Virus record (IMG/VR): IMGVR_UViG_3300042141_000279
Length of the DNA stretch: 20,000 bases
DNA from: an uncultured virus (IMG/VR IMGVR_UViG_3300042141_000279)
Taxonomy: Duplodnaviria > Heunggongvirae > Uroviricota > Caudoviricetes
Direction: 5' to 3' (one strand)
The translations under genes were made by a program, and so were the position numbers. Shown here one piece after another: positions 1-8,740 of this stretch (position 1 is its first letter; each line of letters opens with the position of its first letter). The notes under the pieces were generated by a model that saw only the letters and a program-made list of their open reading frames with translations, was not told the origin of the DNA and searched no databases.

Positions 1-284
1 CCTGCGTCACCACCTCCCGGCGTCGTCCGGTAGTTGAACGTCGCGACGATCACCATCCGGCTGTCGCCGTCGTACTGGGCGGAGTAGGACGCGCAGTAGA
101 GGCCGGACTCGGTCGGATGCTCTTGGCCGATCTGGACGCCGCAGGTCGCGGCTACGTTGATGTACTCGCCGACGTCGGACTTGATGATCCTGAAGACCCG
201 CGTCGTCGAGGAGGCGATCTGCCCCTCTTCCGACGAGAAGTCGTACTGGACGCCGGCGTAGACCTCTTTCACCATCTTCGGCAT
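1..284 (-). CDS. Tail protein downstream of tape measure (distal-tail/hub position), 3' end truncated by window edge
   Basis: Not in ORF track because truncated. ATG at 284 reads MPKMVKEVYAGVQYDFSSEEGQIASSTTRVFRIIKSDVGEYINVAATCGVQIGQEHPTESGLYCASYSAQYDGDSRMVIVATFNYRTTPGGGDA with no stop. Starts 3 nt after the upstream stop. Function inferred from position only. Confidence 0.7.
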   Translation of the reverse strand, partial: MPKMVKEVYAGVQYDFSSEEGQIASSTTRVFRIIKSDVGEYINVAATCGVQIGQEHPTESGLYCASYSAQYDGDSRMVIVATFNYRTTPGGGDA

Positions 285-287
285 GGA

Positions 288-656
288 TCAGCCCTCTGTG
301 ATGTCCACGCGGAGGCGGGCGCCGGAGACGCCGATCGCGACGTACTCGGTGCCGCTCGTCATCCTCGTGATCGCCGGCTCGCCGCCCCGGAGCGTCGCGA
401 ACCCGACGAACGAGCCGCCGGCCTCGATGCCGATCTGCACGGTCGATGCCGACGAGGTCGCGAGGTTCCGCAGGAACGCCACGCCGACCGTCGACAGGTT
501 CGCCGTCGATATGACGGTCGAATTCGTCGTGAGGTCGTAGACGACGCTCTTGTAGCCGGCGGCGGCCATAGAGGCCGTGACCTGACTGATTTGAATCTGG
601 TTCGACAGATTGCCCTTGTCGACCTTGAGCGTCATGGAGTAGGTGATGTCTGCCAT
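288..656 (-). CDS. Hypothetical virion protein (122 aa, beta-rich, Ser/Thr-rich)
   Basis: Clean ORF directly after the TMP, with AGGA upstream. Its LSTVGVAFLRNL segment resembles segments in 8279..8737 and 8741..9229. Confidence 0.75.
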   Translation of the reverse strand: MADITYSMTLKVDKGNLSNQIQISQVTASMAAAGYKSVVYDLTTNSTVISTANLSTVGVAFLRNLATSSASTVQIGIEAGGSFVGFATLRGGEPAITRMTSGTEYVAIGVSGARLRVDITEG

Positions 657-667
657 CGGTGGGTTCC

Positions 668-3600
668 TTACTGGGCTACCTGCGGGCCTTCGCGTCCTAT
701 CTGCACCAATTCGTTGAGCGCCTGCGTCTGCTTCTGGAGTTCAATCAGGTTCACGTCCCTCGCCGGGTCTTCGCCGCGGAGGAGCCTGTTGAGTTCCTGC
801 TGGCCTTGGAGCGTGGATGCGTCGGAGGCTTGCAGGGCTGCCCGCGACGGGCCTTGCAGGAGGGCGTTGGCGACTTCGTCGGAGAAGCCGACGAGGAGCG
901 GAGCAACCTGTTCGGCCTGCTGGCGGAAGGCTCGTTGCTGCGCTTCGGCGACTGCTAATTCGTCGATCGGCCTGTTTTGCTCCCCCGCATTCCGTTGCGC
1001 AGCCAGCCGGATATTCTCAAAATCTCTCGCCAACTGCTCGCCGGCGCGCTCGGCCGGGGTTTCAAGCAACTCTTGCCCTGCGGCCTCAAGAAGTGGTCGC
1101 TGTCGTTCGCGGATATCTTGGGCAACGGCTTTTTGTGTGTTCTCTTCGAGAAACCCCCTAAAAGTCCCTATCTGTTGGTCTTGTATTTCTTGAAGTCGCT
1201 GTCGCGCGGCCTGCACTCCTTGCAAATTGAGCGTTCCAGATGAAATCTGATCGAGCAGCCGCTGCCGCTCCGCAAGTATTTTTGGGCCGTTGCCCAAGAT
1301 ATCCGCGAACGACTCCGCCTGCGTTCTAATTCTTTCTAGCCTAACCTGCGCGGCGTTGGCCGACTCGCGCTGCCGGGCGAGGTCTTGCCTCGCTCGCACG
1401 ACGTCGCGCTGCGACTGCGGCGTGCTGAATGCGGTGTTTCTTTCAATGGCGGCATTAAGCGCCTGCTGCGCCTGTTGTGTGCGAGACACGACTCCGTCTT
1501 GGGCATCGTTGATCGCCTCTGAGAACAATCGTATGGCGTCCGTGGAGGACTCTAGTCGACTTGCCTGAACAGAAATCGCGTCGAGCGAGTTTTGAGCCGA
1601 TTGCTGTGCCTGTGGGTTTTGTGCCGCTCGCGCGTCCTCGAATTCGCGAACAGCCTCGCTTCGGCGGAACTCTAAGTCCCGCAAAACCCTCGCGGCCCGC
1701 CCTTCCGGCACTCTCGCTTCATCTAGGCTTTGGCGGATACGAGCGAAGCGGGCGTCAAGCGTAGACTGAGGATCAAGTGCCAATCGCTGGCGGAACTCGA
1801 ATGCCTCGTTCTCTAGGCCGAAGCCACTTTTTCGCAGTTCCGAAACACGCTCGGTCGCTGCCCGACGACGGCGTTCTGCGGCATCAATTGCGCCCGCTCT
1901 CGTGGGGTCGTTTGCCGGCAGTCGCTGCGCGTTTACCAGAGCGTTGGTGGCATCGTTGACCTCGCGCTCCGCGGCCGTGAGCGCTTCCGCGAGTTTTGTC
2001 AATTTCTGGTTGAACGAGACGGCATTCGGCAGTCCCTGACGTATGGCTTCTCGCAAATCGTCCTGCGCCTGACCAATGCCGAGCGCCGCTGCACGCAGGG
2101 AGATGACGACGTTGACGGCTTCCTCGCCGATTCTTGCTATATCCTCTCGCTGGATAGCCGCAAGGAGCGAGGCGATCTCCTGCAATTGGCGATCGATTTC
2201 TGGTCTTTCGGAACTTGGAACTGGAGAAACAGTGTCGCGGCGACGAGCAGTCAATTCATCGCGGCGACTCTCCAGCGCAATCTCGGCATCCCTCGCGGAG
2301 CGGATGGCGGCACCGTCGCCGGCGAGGAACTCCTGCACTCTCCTTTCTGCCTCCCGCCTGCCTGCGTCTGGCGCTTGGGTTCCTCTAAAAGTAGCCAGCG
2401 TCAGTCGCTCAATTTGCGTCGCGATTTCACTGACGACGTCTGCGACTGCTGCTGGTGGACGCACGGCAGCGGCATCCGCCGCCGCCCGTTCCCTTGCCTG
2501 CGACTGCTCGATCTCGCGGCGAAGCGAGACAACCTGCCCTACTGTGGTGGCGTTTTGCAGTTCACGCTCGCGGGCAGCCTGCAAGGCGCGCTCGCGCTGA
2601 ACCGTAGGATCAAGCGCCGCCGCCTGCTCTCGTTGGGCCTCTCGCTGCTGCTGCCGTAGTTGCTCGATCTCCCGGCGGAATTCCTCTGCGTCGCGGGCGC
2701 CTCCAGAGAAGGCACCGAGCGTGATCGACTGTCCTAGATTCCTGAAGGACTCGGCCAACTGATCGACAAGCGTTCTCTGCTGCGACAGGGCGTCGTTGAG
2801 GGCTTTTGTTCGGTCGGTCGCTTCGACCCCTGAGTTTGCCCATTTGATTAAAAACGCAATCGCCTGCGCGCCGACAGAAGCGCTGACGCCAGCGATCAGG
2901 CCGTAGGTGCCGCCAAGGACGAAGCCCAACTGCGAAATATTGTTTCCGACAGCCCTGATTCGCTGGTTTATGTCCCCAGTCACGGAGAAGAAGTCATCTA
3001 CCGCGAATGCGGCCTGCTGGATAGCGAGTCCGGCGTTTCCGAACGATCCGCGCGCGACGTCACCGGACCGGTTGAGGTTCTCGTTGAGACGACGCACGCT
3101 GATGCCTGAAACAGCGGCGGTCGCGTTGACGGCACTCTGCTCGACCCTGTTGATTTCAGCCGCGAGCCTGCGGAAGCCGCCCTGCGTGTTCGCTGCCTGC
3201 TGGAGCGTGGCCGCGTACCTGTCGGCGGCGGCCTCGGCCTGCGTCGTGTCGCCTGTGGCTCTTGCTAGTTGCTGCCGCAGGGCAGCGAGCCGGCCGGCAG
3301 CACGTTGGATGTCGCTCGCGTCGGCAAAGTCGCGAAACGAACCGCCGAACGCATTGAAAGCCCGCTCTGCCCGGCCGACCTCCTGCCGCAACTGCACGAC
3401 ACGTTGCGTGGCACGCTCCAGTTCCTCCGGGGAGGCGTCGGTCGCGGCGAGGCGGAGGAGTTCGTTCTCGGCATCGCGGATTGCCGGGATGAACCTTGCC
3501 CTCACGCCGACTGGCAACTGGTCGATCTGGTTCTTGACCTGAACCGTCGCGGTCTCGAGCCGTGCGAACTCGGCGGCCGACGAGGCGATGTCGGGACCGA

Positions 3601-5005
3601 GGCGGTCGGAGATGCCTTGGAGTTGGGCGGTGCGCTCTGCTGTCGGGTCCGGCTGAGTGATGACTGGTGGGAGAAACGTAGAGGCCGCCTCAACGCGGCG
3701 GCGGCGGTCGGCGATTGCCTCCTCTGCGGCTGCTCGTTGCTCCCGCTCCGCCGCGATATCTCTGATTCGCTGTTGGATCGTGCGGCCCGTCGGGTCTCTG
3801 TCGGACCTAAGAGGAGTGGACGCACCGATGTTTGCTGCGATCTCGCGTTCTCTGTTCTGCGAGTCGATGCCTGCCTGAATCTCCTCGCGGGCGCGAATAG
3901 CGTTCCGCCGCACTAGGTTAAGGCTGCTTAAGGCGTCGGTCACGTCCAAGCCGAGTTCAGTCTGCTGCTGCACCCGCAACTGATATTGTGTGACTAGTTC
4001 TTCCGCATAGTTGAGTTGTGAGAGCAGGCCAGCGAATCGTGACGGGTCGGGCGCCTCCGACGCCGCCCGTCGCAGTGCTGCGGACGAACGCAACTCTCTC
4101 GCAACGTCTGGGTTCGTGAAGATCAGTTCGTTGCCACGAGGGCCGGCTGCCGTGAGCGCCTGCAACTCGGAAGCCAGCCGCGTTTGACGCTCGAGTTGTG
4201 CGTTGACTTCTCCGAGCCGCTGCACCTGACCATCCAGAGCACGCTGCGCCCGTGCGATCGCGTCGTAGTCCTCCTGACGTGTGTTTCGGATGTTTTCAAG
4301 GACTGCGAGCAGCCTCGCGGCCTCTTCCGCCTCGCGCTGCTGGAGCGCGACGATTCTGGCGATCTCGTTGCCGTAACTTCCTCGTGCGCTCGCCGGCAGA
4401 GCGCCGGCCTGACCCTGAATCGCCGCAGCGCGCTGAAGTTCGGCTTGCAGGCCAGCCTGCTGAAACCGCAACTCTTGACCGCTCGCAAGGCCGGAAACGG
4501 CGGAGCCTGCCTCGGAGAGGCGGCGGATCGAAATCACCGTCTCGTCAACCACCCGCTTGTATCGCTCGTAGTCTTGGGCGTTCTTGATCGCGCCGCGCGA
4601 GATTTCAGCCTGAGCGGTCGCAGCGGCCTCCTGCGCCTGTACCAACGACCCGATGAACTCGTTCTGGATCGTTGCCGACAGGCCAGCGAACGCTTTGGCG
4701 CTTGATCCGAGCGGCCTTGCGATGTCCTCGGCGGCACCGACAATCGCACGCAGTTTTTCTTCAGCCCCGCCGGTGTCGATGTTCAGGCGGTCTCGCGACC
4801 TCGCCTGAATCGCACGCTCCAGTCGCTGGATCGGCGTGAAAATCTGGTCGAAGGACCGGGCGGCTGCCGAGTTGGCCGAAGAGAGCGTCGAACTGATCCG
4901 TTTGGCGAATCGATCGACGTCCTTGGCGCTGTTGTCCAGCCCGCGGCTGAACTGCGCCATGTTGATCGTGCCAACGGCGGCGATCTTGCCGATGTAGTTC
5001 GCCAT
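668..5005 (-). CDS. Tail tape measure protein (1445 aa)
   Basis: Very long Ala/Gln/Arg/Glu-rich helical ORF immediately after the chaperone frameshift pair. N-terminus (MANYIGKIAAVGTINMAQFSRGLD) is TMP-like. Central Gly/hydrophobic segment QLGFVLGGTYGLIAGVSASVGAQAIAFLIKW. Confidence 0.92.
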   Translation of the reverse strand: MANYIGKIAAVGTINMAQFSRGLDNSAKDVDRFAKRISSTLSSANSAAARSFDQIFTPIQRLERAIQARSRDRLNIDTGGAEEKLRAIVGAAEDIARPLGSSAKAFAGLSATIQNEFIGSLVQAQEAAATAQAEISRGAIKNAQDYERYKRVVDETVISIRRLSEAGSAVSGLASGQELRFQQAGLQAELQRAAAIQGQAGALPASARGSYGNEIARIVALQQREAEEAARLLAVLENIRNTRQEDYDAIARAQRALDGQVQRLGEVNAQLERQTRLASELQALTAAGPRGNELIFTNPDVARELRSSAALRRAASEAPDPSRFAGLLSQLNYAEELVTQYQLRVQQQTELGLDVTDALSSLNLVRRNAIRAREEIQAGIDSQNREREIAANIGASTPLRSDRDPTGRTIQQRIRDIAAEREQRAAAEEAIADRRRRVEAASTFLPPVITQPDPTAERTAQLQGISDRLGPDIASSAAEFARLETATVQVKNQIDQLPVGVRARFIPAIRDAENELLRLAATDASPEELERATQRVVQLRQEVGRAERAFNAFGGSFRDFADASDIQRAAGRLAALRQQLARATGDTTQAEAAADRYAATLQQAANTQGGFRRLAAEINRVEQSAVNATAAVSGISVRRLNENLNRSGDVARGSFGNAGLAIQQAAFAVDDFFSVTGDINQRIRAVGNNISQLGFVLGGTYGLIAGVSASVGAQAIAFLIKWANSGVEATDRTKALNDALSQQRTLVDQLAESFRNLGQSITLGAFSGGARDAEEFRREIEQLRQQQREAQREQAAALDPTVQRERALQAARERELQNATTVGQVVSLRREIEQSQARERAAADAAAVRPPAAVADVVSEIATQIERLTLATFRGTQAPDAGRREAERRVQEFLAGDGAAIRSARDAEIALESRRDELTARRRDTVSPVPSSERPEIDRQLQEIASLLAAIQREDIARIGEEAVNVVISLRAAALGIGQAQDDLREAIRQGLPNAVSFNQKLTKLAEALTAAEREVNDATNALVNAQRLPANDPTRAGAIDAAERRRRAATERVSELRKSGFGLENEAFEFRQRLALDPQSTLDARFARIRQSLDEARVPEGRAARVLRDLEFRRSEAVREFEDARAAQNPQAQQSAQNSLDAISVQASRLESSTDAIRLFSEAINDAQDGVVSRTQQAQQALNAAIERNTAFSTPQSQRDVVRARQDLARQRESANAAQVRLERIRTQAESFADILGNGPKILAERQRLLDQISSGTLNLQGVQAARQRLQEIQDQQIGTFRGFLEENTQKAVAQDIRERQRPLLEAAGQELLETPAERAGEQLARDFENIRLAAQRNAGEQNRPIDELAVAEAQQRAFRQQAEQVAPLLVGFSDEVANALLQGPSRAALQASDASTLQGQQELNRLLRGEDPARDVNLIELQKQTQALNELVQIGREGPQVAQ

Positions 5006-5006
5006 C

Positions 5007-5327
5007 TCACGATCCCTGCGGCGGGCCGAACAACTTGGACAACTCCGCGATCATCTGCTCGTTGGACTGCGGCTTCTTCCTTGATGCCGGGATGAACACG
5101 TCCTCGTCGGGGATGCGCTTGTAGTTCCCGCTCGCGGCCATGATCGTCCGGCAGATGCGTGCCGTCTGAAGCCACGGGTTCGGTAGCGGGTATATCTGGT
5201 CAAACGCTGCCCACTCGGAGAGTTCCTCGCTGTCGACGGTGTTCAGGAGTTCCTTGACACTGCGGCCGAGCGCCAGAGCCAGCCTCAAGTAGAAGAGGCG
5301 TTCTGGGCGCTCGGCGAATCGTTTCCC
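5007..5327 (-). CDS. Tail assembly chaperone, frameshift extension (lambda gpT-like part of a gpGT-type fusion)
   Basis: The -1 frame relative to 5285..5650 reads GKRFAERPERLFYLRLALALGRSVKELLNTVDSEELSEWAAFDQIYP... and ends 1 nt before the TMP start. LA..LG.SV.EL...S.E..EW is typical of these extensions. Confidence 0.85.
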   Translation of the reverse strand, partial: GKRFAERPERLFYLRLALALGRSVKELLNTVDSEELSEWAAFDQIYPLPNPWLQTARICRTIMAASGNYKRIPDEDVFIPASRKKPQSNEQMIAELSKLFGPPQGS

Positions 5328-5650
5328 AGCGCCTCCACGGCGGCCGGCGTGAAGGCGTTGAACTCCCACGCGACGTCGAACAGGCGATTGATCACCGCGC
5401 TCGACTTCTTGTTGAGAGCCTCCACCTCGTCGTTCGTGAAGAGGCGGTCGCCGTCGGCGTTGCAGATGGTCAGCACGAGGAACCTCGTGCGGAACGACTC
5501 CATCTTCTTGTCGGCAAACGCCTGCTCGAACACGTCGCGATCGGCACCGCTGATGACGCGGACGCAGACGCTCCCGCCCCACTCGGCGACCTCGACCTCC
5601 TTGGTCTTGATGTCCTTCGCTTCGAGGATCGCCTTCTTCGACAGGATCAC
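5285..5650 (-). CDS. Tail assembly chaperone (lambda gpG-like)
   Basis: GTG start with GGAGG upstream. Sequence LSKKAILEAKDIKTKEVEVAEWGGSVCVRVISGADRD...DGDRLFT is typical of TACs. Lies between tube-like genes and the TMP. Confidence 0.88.
   Translation of the reverse strand: MILSKKAILEAKDIKTKEVEVAEWGGSVCVRVISGADRDVFEQAFADKKMESFRTRFLVLTICNADGDRLFTNDEVEALNKKSSAVINRLFDVAWEFNAFTPAAVEALGNDSPSAQNASST
5321..5327 (-). other. Programmed -1 ribosomal frameshift slippery site G GGA AAC
   Basis: Minus strand CTG GGA AAC (L-G-N) in the TAC frame gives an X XXY YYZ heptamer. A -1 shift gives GGG AAA CGA TTC (G-K-R-F), entering the 5007 ORF. Confidence 0.88.
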
Positions 5651-5660
5651 GGATAACCTC

Positions 5661-6026
5661 CTACACCGTGGAATCGGTCATACGAAACTTCAACTGGCCG
5701 CGAACCACGTCGGCCGTTTGTGCTGTGACACTCGCGCTCTCGAGGATCGCCCGCCGGCTGACCGAGTAGGCCGAACTGGTGAACGCGAGGATGCCGTTGG
5801 TTCCGATCAGCGTCTGCGGGTCGGTGCCGCCGGCGTAGAGGAAGTCCACCGTCACCGAGCCGCCCGTGATCGCTCCGGTCGCGACCTGCACCGTGTACCC
5901 CGTCGCGTCGCCGACGCCCGTCATGTCCACGATCTCGGCGACAGGCGTCTCCACCTGCACGCTGGTCACCGTCGCGGCGATGCCGTTGAAGGTGAAGGTC
6001 GCGTTGTAGGGCACGCCGATCGGCAC
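5661..6026 (-). CDS. Tail tube-like protein, paralog 3 (121 aa)
   Basis: GTG start. ATFTFNG..ATVTSVQV...IVDMT...SVTVDF...A.VTA...DVVRGQLKFR aligns by eye with the two upstream paralogs. Confidence 0.75.
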   Translation of the reverse strand: MPIGVPYNATFTFNGIAATVTSVQVETPVAEIVDMTGVGDATGYTVQVATGAITGGSVTVDFLYAGGTDPQTLIGTNGILAFTSSAYSVSRRAILESASVTAQTADVVRGQLKFRMTDSTV

Positions 6027-6028
6027 GG

Positions 6029-6385
6029 TCAGACCTGCACGCGGAAGGAGGCGCTCCCTCGCACCAAGTCACCTGCGGACGCGGTGACCTGCACCGACAC
6101 GCACGTCGCGACGGCGCCCGTAAAGGAGAACGCTCCGGCGATCGAGATCGCCCCGGTCGCCCCGATGGCCGGCGGCGTGCCGGAGATGAACTCCACCTCG
6201 ACGTTTGGCCGCTCGTCTGATGTGCGGTGCGTGATGTACGTCGGCTCGAAGTCGTCGCGGCCAAGGCCCATGTGCGGAGCCGAGACCGTCGCACGCTCGG
6301 AGCCGCCGACGTATCGCACGCTGGTCGATGCGAACGTGGCGCCGTTGAACGTGAAAGTCGTGCCTTGGGATGAGACTCCCGCCAT
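6029..6385 (-). CDS. Tail tube-like protein, paralog 2 (118 aa)
   Basis: MAGVSSQGTTFTFNG...SAPHMGLG...VEVEFI...GATGAISI.G...ATC...GDLVRGSASFRV; clearly homologous to 6389..6724. Confidence 0.78.
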   Translation of the reverse strand: MAGVSSQGTTFTFNGATFASTSVRYVGGSERATVSAPHMGLGRDDFEPTYITHRTSDERPNVEVEFISGTPPAIGATGAISIAGAFSFTGAVATCVSVQVTASAGDLVRGSASFRVQV

Positions 6386-6388
6386 CGC

Positions 6389-6724
6389 TTACGCGACGCG
6401 GAACGTCGCACTCCCAGAGACGAGGGCGCCGACCGACCCGCCGAGCGACGCGGACGCACAGGTCGCGTTGCCGCTGAAGTTGATCGGCCCCGTGATCGAC
6501 AGGGCGCCGGACGCACCGGCGGTGAGGATGTTCGTGGAGATGTAGTCGACGGTGACCTCGCGGTCGGTCGCAAAGCCGCCGACGAACTCTCGCCGCTGGT
6601 TCGGGCCGATGCCGAGGTGGCTGCCGTCGATGAGGTCTTGCGTGTCATTGACCTGCACGCTCGTGATCGTCAGCGTCGTGCCGCCGAACGAAAACGTCAG
6701 TCCCTGTGCGGAAATACCAGCCAT
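6389..6724 (-). CDS. Major tail tube-like protein, paralog 1 (111 aa)
   Basis: Follows the tail terminator, with a strong SD (AAGGAGG). MAGISAQGLTFSFGG...IDGSHLG...VTVDY...GALVSGSATFRV has a lambda gpV-N-like pattern. Confidence 0.8.
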   Translation of the reverse strand: MAGISAQGLTFSFGGTTLTITSVQVNDTQDLIDGSHLGIGPNQRREFVGGFATDREVTVDYISTNILTAGASGALSITGPINFSGNATCASASLGGSVGALVSGSATFRVA

Positions 6725-6763
6725 TGCCGCGCCTCCTTGCGCCTAGTTGTGTTTTTCTGTCGG

Positions 6764-7186
6764 CTAAGACTGCGACTCCTGCCACCTCGCCTGCCACAGT
6801 TGCCGGACCTCGTAGGCCGGAGGCATCTGCGAACCGACGGTGGTGGGGTCTAGGAAGTCGTCCGTCTCCGACACCAACCTCATATCTTCAATTGTAACCC
6901 CGGCAAGCGTGCCAGTTCGGCCGTCCAGCGCAAGCCGGACGTCGTCTGCGAGTTCCCTCGCGGCGTCGTGGGTGAGCGCCCACGAGGCGACTTGGATGCT
7001 GACCATCGGCAGGTAGAGCGGCCCCGAGAGCGTCGACTCCCGGGCCACATTTGCTCGCTTGTAGACAAGGAACGGGAAGTCGGTCTTCGGCACCGCCACG
7101 GCGTAGATTCGGAACCCGACCCGCCGGGCCACCGCGGGGTTGCCGGCGAGGACTTGGTAGATGTGCTTTTCGGGCTGGAGGAGCAT
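6764..7186 (-). CDS. Tail terminator / tail completion protein (DUF3168-like)
   Basis: IYQVLAGNPAVARRVGFRIYAVAVPKTDFPFLVY...IQVASWA..HDAARELADDVRLALDG; canonical position. Confidence 0.88.
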   Translation of the reverse strand: MLLQPEKHIYQVLAGNPAVARRVGFRIYAVAVPKTDFPFLVYKRANVARESTLSGPLYLPMVSIQVASWALTHDAARELADDVRLALDGRTGTLAGVTIEDMRLVSETDDFLDPTTVGSQMPPAYEVRQLWQARWQESQS

Positions 7187-7188
7187 GG

Positions 7189-7962
7189 CTAGTTGCTCAG
7201 GTCGGCGACGAACTTGGTCAGGGACGCCCGCACCGCCGACAGGACGGCCTGCCGGCTGTCTCCGATGGCTCGCTCCATCGGGTGCTGGGCACGCATGGCG
7301 CCGTAGGTTTCGTTGGGCGACAGGAAGTACGGCCGCGTGCCGCCGCCGCTCGTGCGGACGAACGCCCCGCGGCCGGTCCTGCGGGCCGGGTGCCGCTCGT
7401 TGATGCTGCCCATCAGGAAGTAGTACCCGCGGCCCATCTGCTCGAATTGCTCGTTGTCGAAGACGAACCCGCCCTCGCGGTTTGTGATCCGCCGGAAACG
7501 CCGGTTGATCTTCTCGTGGACGTTCAGGTACGTGCGGCGGTTCTGGGTGGACGGCCGGCGGCGGTCGGTGCCGAATTCAAGCAAAAATGCGTGGTTCCCG
7601 GCCCCCTTCTCCTCGACGTCCCACTCCTTCCCCGACACGGAGTGCTGCGGGCCGGCGACGGCGATGTAGATGCCTTCGTAGGTCCGCTTTCCCTTCCGCG
7701 AGACCGTGGCGCGGCTCAGGTTCCCCGTGACGCTGTTGACCTTCCCGCGGTACGAGTCGCGGACGGCCTCCATGCCTTTGATGATCGACTTCTGAAGGTA
7801 GCCGCCGGGGTCTTGCAGGCACTTGTCGGCCGCCCGCTCGAGCGCGGTGATCAGGTCGCCGATGCCGGAGATGTCGAAACTGGCGAACGACTCAGCCGCC
7901 TCGCGTGCCGTGCCGCCGCGAGGCAGAATCCGCGATGTCGTTGCGTCGAGGCGAACTGCCAT
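7189..7962 (-). CDS. HK97 gp10-like neck/tail-completion protein with a long insertion (257 aa)
   Basis: Start at ATG 7962 overlapping the upstream TGA (not the ORF-track start 8196). Motifs ISGIGDLITALE, VTGNLSRA, HAFLLEFGT and MRAQHPMERA. Confidence 0.78.
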   Translation of the reverse strand: MAVRLDATTSRILPRGGTAREAAESFASFDISGIGDLITALERAADKCLQDPGGYLQKSIIKGMEAVRDSYRGKVNSVTGNLSRATVSRKGKRTYEGIYIAVAGPQHSVSGKEWDVEEKGAGNHAFLLEFGTDRRRPSTQNRRTYLNVHEKINRRFRRITNREGGFVFDNEQFEQMGRGYYFLMGSINERHPARRTGRGAFVRTSGGGTRPYFLSPNETYGAMRAQHPMERAIGDSRQAVLSAVRASLTKFVADLSN

Positions 7963-8282
7963 CACTGCACCTCTCTGGCGAGCATCTCGAGGTACGTGCG
8001 GTTCCCGCGCTCCGTCACGCTCGCTAGTTCCATTGTCCTGCCCCTCCAGACCACGCGGTGGAGGTGCGTGACGTCCTCGCGATACCGGATGCGGATGCGG
8101 TGGGTGGCGATCACGTTGGCCTGCTGGGCTTGCAGGACGTCCCGGCTCGACAGCCCCTCCACCTGCGCCCAGAACGTCCCGACGGTCGTCTCCCACGAGA
8201 ACGTCGACTCGCCCGAGAAACTCCGCGTCTCAGTCGGGGCGAGGATCGTCACACGCTCGGTGTACTTGCCGATGTCGATCAC
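7962..8282 (-). CDS. Head closure / head-tail joining protein (SPP1 gp16-like)
   Basis: GKYTERVTILAP...G....WETTVGTFWAQVEGLSSRD...THRIRIRYREDVTHLHRVVWRGR is a classic pattern. GTG start overlaps the upstream stop. Confidence 0.92.
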   Translation of the reverse strand: MIDIGKYTERVTILAPTETRSFSGESTFSWETTVGTFWAQVEGLSSRDVLQAQQANVIATHRIRIRYREDVTHLHRVVWRGRTMELASVTERGNRTYLEMLAREVQ

Positions 8283-8737
8283 GACACGCTCCCGTTCCCG
8301 AGGAGCACGATGTCGTAGGAGCCGCCGTTGGTCCCGGTCACCGTCACGCCGGAGGCCGACATCCCGGTCGCCGACGGGTCGGACTGCACCGCCACGGCTC
8401 CGGCCGCCACGGTCAGGCCGGAGGCCGGGAACGGCGCTCCGGCGAACGCGAGGCTCGACGCCCCCTTGTTCTTGACGTAGTAGAGTTTCACGGCCGTGAG
8501 CGTCACGGTGACCGTGGCCCCGTCACGGACGTCCGAGAGCGTCGCCAGCGAGAACGTCTGCGACGCCCCGGAGAGCGTCTTCGTGGCGCTCCACGCCAGT
8601 TGGGCTTGGTTGCCCGCCGTGCCGTTGGTCAGCGACTGGGCGTAGGACGCCGGCGTCACCCGCAGCGACGAGGACAGGTCCGTCGCCGAGGTCTCGTGTG
8701 CCAGTACCGACAGGCTGATCTGTGCCGAGAATGCCAT
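8279..8737 (-). CDS. Hypothetical virion protein (152 aa, Ser/Thr/Ala-rich), paralog of 8741..9229
   Basis: Tightly packed ORF: MAFSAQISLSV...LTAVKLYYVKN...GTNGGSYDIVLLG. Confidence 0.8.
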   Translation of the reverse strand: MAFSAQISLSVLAHETSATDLSSSLRVTPASYAQSLTNGTAGNQAQLAWSATKTLSGASQTFSLATLSDVRDGATVTVTLTAVKLYYVKNKGASSLAFAGAPFPASGLTVAAGAVAVQSDPSATGMSASGVTVTGTNGGSYDIVLLGNGSVS

Positions 8738-8740
8738 CGC

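Noticed and set aside
5328..5582. 5' part of ORF 5007..5582 as an independent gene
   Set aside because: Overlaps the chaperone out of frame with Arg-rich nonsense; only the part after the slippery site looks like real protein.
5661..6724. Diversity-generating retroelement or recent duplication behind the tube paralogs
   Set aside because: Paralogs are diverged throughout, no near-identical repeat pair with adenine-specific differences was seen, and there is no reverse transcriptase in the window.
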